Of a stretch of 52,230 bases of DNA, positions 48,100-52,230 are shown one piece after another. The stretch covers positions 1 to 52,230 of the forward strand of contig JBHYFR010000001.1 in the NCBI GenBank assembly GCA_051859425.1. The letters run 5' to 3'. A model generated the notes under the pieces. That model was not told where the DNA came from. It did not search any database and was given only the letters and a program-made list of their open reading frames with translations. The stretch is from Oceanicaulis sp. (GTDB taxonomy: Bacteria; Pseudomonadota; Alphaproteobacteria; Caulobacterales; Maricaulaceae). Both the position numbers and the translations under genes were made by a program. How positions within the stretch are numbered: the first letter of the stretch is position 1; each line of letters starts with the position of its first letter.

Positions 48100-48840
48100 T
48101 CAGCCCGTCAGTTCAAGGCGCGCCATGCCGCGCAAGACGGCGTCGGCTCTGGGCGTCCACGCCCCGCTCGCGTCTTCATGCAGCACCAGCGGCGCCAGAA
48201 GCGCCAGCGGCGCGCGCCCGCCTGCGCGCGCTTCGACCAGTATCCGCTTGGCCGGCGCTTCGGCGCGCGGATGCACCGGCAGGATGGTGACGCTCGCCTT
48301 GCCCTGCAATGCGCCGAGGGCCTCGCCCAAGCGATCAGCCCGGTGGATGAACACCAGCGCTCCGCCCGGTTTCAGGCGCTTGAGCCCGGTCGAGATCCAG
48401 TCGGCCAGCGGTGCGGCGCTGATCCACGCCGCCTGCTTGCCGGGCTTGGGCGCGCGCAGCGCATCAGGATCATCAAAATAGGGCGGGTTGAAAAACAACG
48501 CGTCCAGCGGCGCGTCCGGACGCCAACTGAGCGCATCCGACTCGACGATGGTGACCCGGTCTTCCAGCCCGTTGGCCGCCGCATTGCGCCGGGCCAGCTC
48601 TGCGGCGCCCGGATCCAGCTCCACGCCGGTCAGCTGCGCGTGCGGGTGGACGTGGGCCACGGACAGCAGCGCTGCGCCGGGACCGCAGCCGAACTCGGCT
48701 GCGCGCGCGCCCGGTTTCAGCCTGACGGCGGCAGCCAGCAGGATGGCGTCCAGCCCGGCGCGATACCCGTCTGCGGTCTGGATGAGGGTCAGCTGACCGC
48801 CCAGGATGCGGTCCTGCGTCAGCGCGCCGGCGTGCGTCAT
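48100..48840 (-). CDS. SAM-dependent methyltransferase (tRNA1Val m6A37 / YfiC-like)
   Basis: GYRAGLDAILLAA, EFGCGPG, FNPPYF, LKPGG. Confidence 0.85.
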   Translation of the reverse strand: MTHAGALTQDRILGGQLTLIQTADGYRAGLDAILLAAAVRLKPGARAAEFGCGPGAALLSVAHVHPHAQLTGVELDPGAAELARRNAAANGLEDRVTIVESDALSWRPDAPLDALFFNPPYFDDPDALRAPKPGKQAAWISAAPLADWISTGLKRLKPGGALVFIHRADRLGEALGALQGKASVTILPVHPRAEAPAKRILVEARAGGRAPLALLAPLVLHEDASGAWTPRADAVLRGMARLELTG

Positions 48841-49055
48841 TCGTCCGCGGGCATGGCTGCAGCCAATGCGCGGCGCGCCTCGTCCGCGACGTCTTCGGTG
48901 ACGAGGATCCGGCGCTTGATCCAGGGCAGGGCGCCGCCGAATGTCGCTGCGGTGTGCGCGTCCAGCGTCACGGGCTCAATCCCGGCGTCGCGCAGCACCG
49001 CCTCGGCGAAGTTCAGCTTCACAGGATCGTTGGTGGACAGCACCTCGATCATCAT
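48837..49055 (-). CDS. DUF2007 domain protein
   Basis: EVLSTNDPVKLNFAEAVLRDAGIE...RRILV; coupled to the methyltransferase. Confidence 0.8.
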   Translation of the reverse strand: MMIEVLSTNDPVKLNFAEAVLRDAGIEPVTLDAHTAATFGGALPWIKRRILVTEDVADEARRALAAAMPADE

Positions 49056-49201
49056 CGCAGACATCTCCCTGCTTGCCTGGGGGGCGGCTGTGGCGCCAGA
49101 ACCTGCCTGCGTCCCTGTCACGCAGTCCGGTCAGCTTGCCGGAGGCGCCGAGGCTACCTATTCTGCAGGCGCAAATGATCTGACTGCAAGAGGCAAGGCG
49201 C

Positions 49202-50218
49202 GTGAACGGACTTCCCATGCCGGACTTCGAGGCGGCGCCGGTAAACCCGGCGGTGCGCCTGGCGGCTCTGGCCAGCACCGATATGGCGGGCGTGGAAGCG
49301 CTCATTGCCGACCGGGCGGCCAGCGCCACGGCGGTGATCCCGGCTATTGCGCATCACCTGCTGGATGCCGGCGGCAAGCGTATCCGGCCGTTGATCACGG
49401 TCGCGGCCGCGCGCATGCTTGGTTATGACGGGCGCGGCCATCTGCCGCTGGCGGCGGCGGTGGAGTTCATCCATTCGGCCACGCTGCTGCACGATGATGT
49501 GGTCGATGACAGCGATTTGCGCCGGGGCAAGCAGCCCGCCAACAAGGTCTGGGGCAATCCCCAGTCCGTACTGGTGGGTGATTTCCTGTTTGCGCGCGCC
49601 TTCATGCTGATGGTGGACGCCGGCTCCATGGACGCGCTGCACGTCTTGTCGCGCGCCGCCGCCGTGATCGCCGAGGGCGAGGTGCGCCAGCTGGCCGCCG
49701 CCCGCCAGGTCGCCACCACGCGCGCCGAATACATGGACATTATCGGCGCCAAGACCGCCGCCCTGTTCGCCGCCTCCGCCCAGGTCTCGCCGATCCTGGC
49801 CGGCGCGCCCAAGCGTGTCGAAACCGCCATGGAGACCTATGGCCGCGAGCTGGGCCTGGCGTTCCAGCTGGTGGATGACGCGCTCGACTATGGCGGGATC
49901 GCCGTGGAGCTGGGCAAGAATACCGGTGATGATTTCCGCGAGGGCAAGATCACCCTGCCGGTGGCGCTGGCGCTGGAAGCCGGTAGCGCGGACGAGCGCG
50001 CCTTCTGGGTGCGGACCATGGCCGATGGCCGCCAGAGCCCGGACGATTTTGACCGGGCGGTGGAGATCCTGAAGCGCCACGGCGCCCTTGACGCCACGCT
50101 GGAGGCCGCGCGCGGCCACGCGGCGCGGGCGGTGGAGGCGCTGGACGCCGCGCCGGACAATGTGTGGAGCCAGTCGCTGGCCGCGCTGGCCGAGTTCGTC
50201 GTCGAGCGGGCGTACTGA
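49202..50218 (+). CDS. ispB: Polyprenyl (octa/decaprenyl) diphosphate synthase
   Basis: GGKRIRP, LLHDDVVD, LRRG, FQLVDDALD, GKNTGDDFREGK. Confidence 0.93.
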   Translation: MNGLPMPDFEAAPVNPAVRLAALASTDMAGVEALIADRAASATAVIPAIAHHLLDAGGKRIRPLITVAAARMLGYDGRGHLPLAAAVEFIHSATLLHDDVVDDSDLRRGKQPANKVWGNPQSVLVGDFLFARAFMLMVDAGSMDALHVLSRAAAVIAEGEVRQLAAARQVATTRAEYMDIIGAKTAALFAASAQVSPILAGAPKRVETAMETYGRELGLAFQLVDDALDYGGIAVELGKNTGDDFREGKITLPVALALEAGSADERAFWVRTMADGRQSPDDFDRAVEILKRHGALDATLEAARGHAARAVEALDAAPDNVWSQSLAALAEFVVERAY

Positions 50219-50234
50219 CGCCTCCCGCCTCGTC

Positions 50235-52064
50235 CTAGCGGCAGCCGGTACGCTGTGAATGGTCGCAGCCGTCGGCGTTGATGAAGCGCTGGGTGCTCAT
50301 CATGCTGCGGTCCGGGCGCGCCAGCGGCTCGCTGGCCTCGGCGCGGGCGCGCACATGATTGACGAAGCTCTGGGCGTATTCGGCGAACGTGTCGGTGACG
50401 CGGCCCTCGCCGCTGGCGCGCGCGAACACCGCATATCCGTCACCGCCCCCGGCGATGAAGGAATTGGTGACCACCTTGTACTGCGCGTTCGGATTGATCG
50501 GCGTCCACTCTCCGGCCAGGCGTGAATTGACCTCCACCGCACTGATGCGCGCCCCGGGCTGCGCCGACAGATCGACGGCGAAGCGCAGACCCGCCGCGTA
50601 AGGATAGGCGCCGCCGCCGCTGGCTGTGTCGGCCACGGCGTCCTCCAGCGTCTCGATAACTTCCGCGCCCGAGAGCTCCAGCACATGCAGCGTGTTGGCG
50701 AACGGCAGCACGGTGAACACGTCGGCGATGGTCACCGGGCCGGCGGGGATGCTGGCGCGCACGCCGCCAGCGTTCTGGATGGCGATGTCGGCGCTGCCCT
50801 CACGTTCCAGAAATGCCTGGGCTACCAAGGCCGACACGTGGGCGCCGTGCTCATAGGTGTCCTCGCGCGCGCACAGCGGTTCGGCGCGGCCCTCGCCGGG
50901 CAGGCGCACCATGCACAGGTTTTCAGCCGCCTCGCCGATCACGCTCTGGCGCAGTGCGTCCAGCGCGCTTGAAAAATCCGCCAACAACGCCGCGCTGTCG
51001 GCGTCGGGCGTCAACGGATAGAGCACGGGATGGGCGCTGAGCGCGGCTCGCAGCGCCTCGTCAGCACCTGAGGCGTCCACCGGGATGCGCGGGGTTCCCG
51101 AGCACGCGATCACCCGGCCCTGATCGTCAAAGCTCACCTGCAGCTCGCCCATGACGCGCGCATACTCAAACGCCTGCACCACGCACACCGGATCGCCGTC
51201 GGCATTGGTCTCCAGCGTGGGGTAGGGCCCGTCCGGGCTGAAGCCCAGCGGGGCGAGGACCGCCGCGTCGCCCAGAAGCGTGTGGGAATCGCCGCCCACG
51301 ATCACGTCTACGCCTGACAGGGCGCGCGCCATGGCGCGTTCGCGCTCGTACTGGGAATGGGTGAGCAGGATGATTTTGGTGACGCCCTCAGCGCGCAGCC
51401 GGTCAATCTCGGCCTGGGCGCTCTGGGTCTCGTCCAGGAACTGGGTGTCTGGATCGGGGGAGGAGGAGATTTTGGTCTTCTCAGAGATGGTCAGGCCGAT
51501 CACGCCGATGCGCCGGCCCGCGCGCTCGAACACGGCCGACGGCCGATACCGCCCGATCAGGGGCGAGGCGTCATGAGCGGCGGTGTTGGCGCTGAGAACG
51601 GCGGTGCCGCAGGTCCGGTCCTGAAGAAAATCGAGAAACCGGGCGAGGCCCTCATCGCCATGATCAAATTCGTGATTGCCCAGCACGAAGGCGTCAAAGC
51701 AGATCTGATTCATCAAGGCGGCGTCCGCCTCGCCTTCAAACAGGGTGTAGAAGAGCGTGCCGGTGATGGCGTCGCCTGCATGCAGGGTGAGGACCGCGTC
51801 CGATGCGCCCGCGCGCTCGGCAAACAGGGTAGTGAGCAGCGGAAAGCCGCCATGGGAGAGCGTCAGCGGATCCTCGCCCTCAAGGCCCAGCGCGGCGGGA
51901 TCAAGCGAAAGCGCATGGGGCTCGAGATGGCTGTGGTGGTCGTTGATGTGCAGGAGGGTCAGCGTATACGGCTCGGCCTCAACAGCCGCCGGCCCGGGCA
52001 TGTCCGGTGCATCGCAGGCTGCGAGCCACGAAACGGCGGCAATGATCCACAAACCTGTGCGCAT
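50235..52064 (-). CDS. 5'-nucleotidase / UDP-sugar hydrolase family lipoprotein (NadN-like)
   Basis: LAAC lipobox, NDHHSH, AGDAITG, GNHEFD, GGDSHT, NAGGVR, GGGDGY. Confidence 0.9.
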   Translation of the reverse strand: MRTGLWIIAAVSWLAACDAPDMPGPAAVEAEPYTLTLLHINDHHSHLEPHALSLDPAALGLEGEDPLTLSHGGFPLLTTLFAERAGASDAVLTLHAGDAITGTLFYTLFEGEADAALMNQICFDAFVLGNHEFDHGDEGLARFLDFLQDRTCGTAVLSANTAAHDASPLIGRYRPSAVFERAGRRIGVIGLTISEKTKISSSPDPDTQFLDETQSAQAEIDRLRAEGVTKIILLTHSQYERERAMARALSGVDVIVGGDSHTLLGDAAVLAPLGFSPDGPYPTLETNADGDPVCVVQAFEYARVMGELQVSFDDQGRVIACSGTPRIPVDASGADEALRAALSAHPVLYPLTPDADSAALLADFSSALDALRQSVIGEAAENLCMVRLPGEGRAEPLCAREDTYEHGAHVSALVAQAFLEREGSADIAIQNAGGVRASIPAGPVTIADVFTVLPFANTLHVLELSGAEVIETLEDAVADTASGGGAYPYAAGLRFAVDLSAQPGARISAVEVNSRLAGEWTPINPNAQYKVVTNSFIAGGGDGYAVFARASGEGRVTDTFAEYAQSFVNHVRARAEASEPLARPDRSMMSTQRFINADGCDHSQRTGCR

Positions 52065-52230
52065 GACTGAAACCCCTCTTCACGTCGCCGGCAGCGCCTC
52101 CTAGCACAGGCAGGGCCAGGCCGGAATGCGCCCGCACCGGTTTTCAGTTTGCGTCGACGTGCTGCACTGCCGCACAGTGTATATCCCTGAAATGAAAGTC
52201 GCGCTGATGCCCCAGTCCACGCCCCCCCTG

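Noticed and set aside
47485-49428. 647-aa plus-strand ORF
   Set aside because: Overlaps three well-supported minus-strand genes and has no domain signature
52192-52230. Possible start of a plus-strand gene (MKVALMPQSTPP...)
   Set aside because: Only 13 codons are visible at the window edge, too little to support a call
1-52230. CRISPR arrays, tRNA/rRNA genes, IS/transposases, prophage or defence genes
   Set aside because: No regular repeat-spacer arrays, RNA gene signatures or such protein motifs seen; nearly all sequence is explained by host genes

Overview
GC-rich alphaproteobacterial chromosome segment. Gene content and order (sciP, flbD, cpa/Tad, CtrA-like boxes) suggest a stalked Caulobacterales/Maricaulaceae-type organism; this is an inference. 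In order, it holds: tamB (partial)-tamA; an RND efflux pair; a GYF_2, tandem-PilZ and PAS_5 gene trio with a sigma54-type promoter; an uncharacterised secreted Pro/His/Asn-Val-repeat protein; a Tad pilus cluster (cpaBCDEF-tadBC) with no pilin or prepilin peptidase nearby; MarC, an M48-like protease and an amidohydrolase; a Caulobacter-like flagellar region (flgL-flgK divergent from fliK-flgD-flgE, then sciP, fliF-fliG-fliH-fliN-flbD-flhA) extended by flhF- and flhG-like genes; ggt, a LysR regulator, a TonB-dependent receptor and a MATE transporter; a CIR/RIME-like repeat; an S49 peptidase/methyltransferase/DUF2007 cluster divergent from ispB; and a 5'-nucleotidase. I saw no rRNA, tRNA, CRISPR array or transposase. 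Most of the window is known core machinery. The best candidates for undescribed biology are the 7.3-10.5 kb block next to the pilin-less Tad locus and the degenerate FlhF/FlhG pair. All calls come from motif recognition by eye, without database searches.
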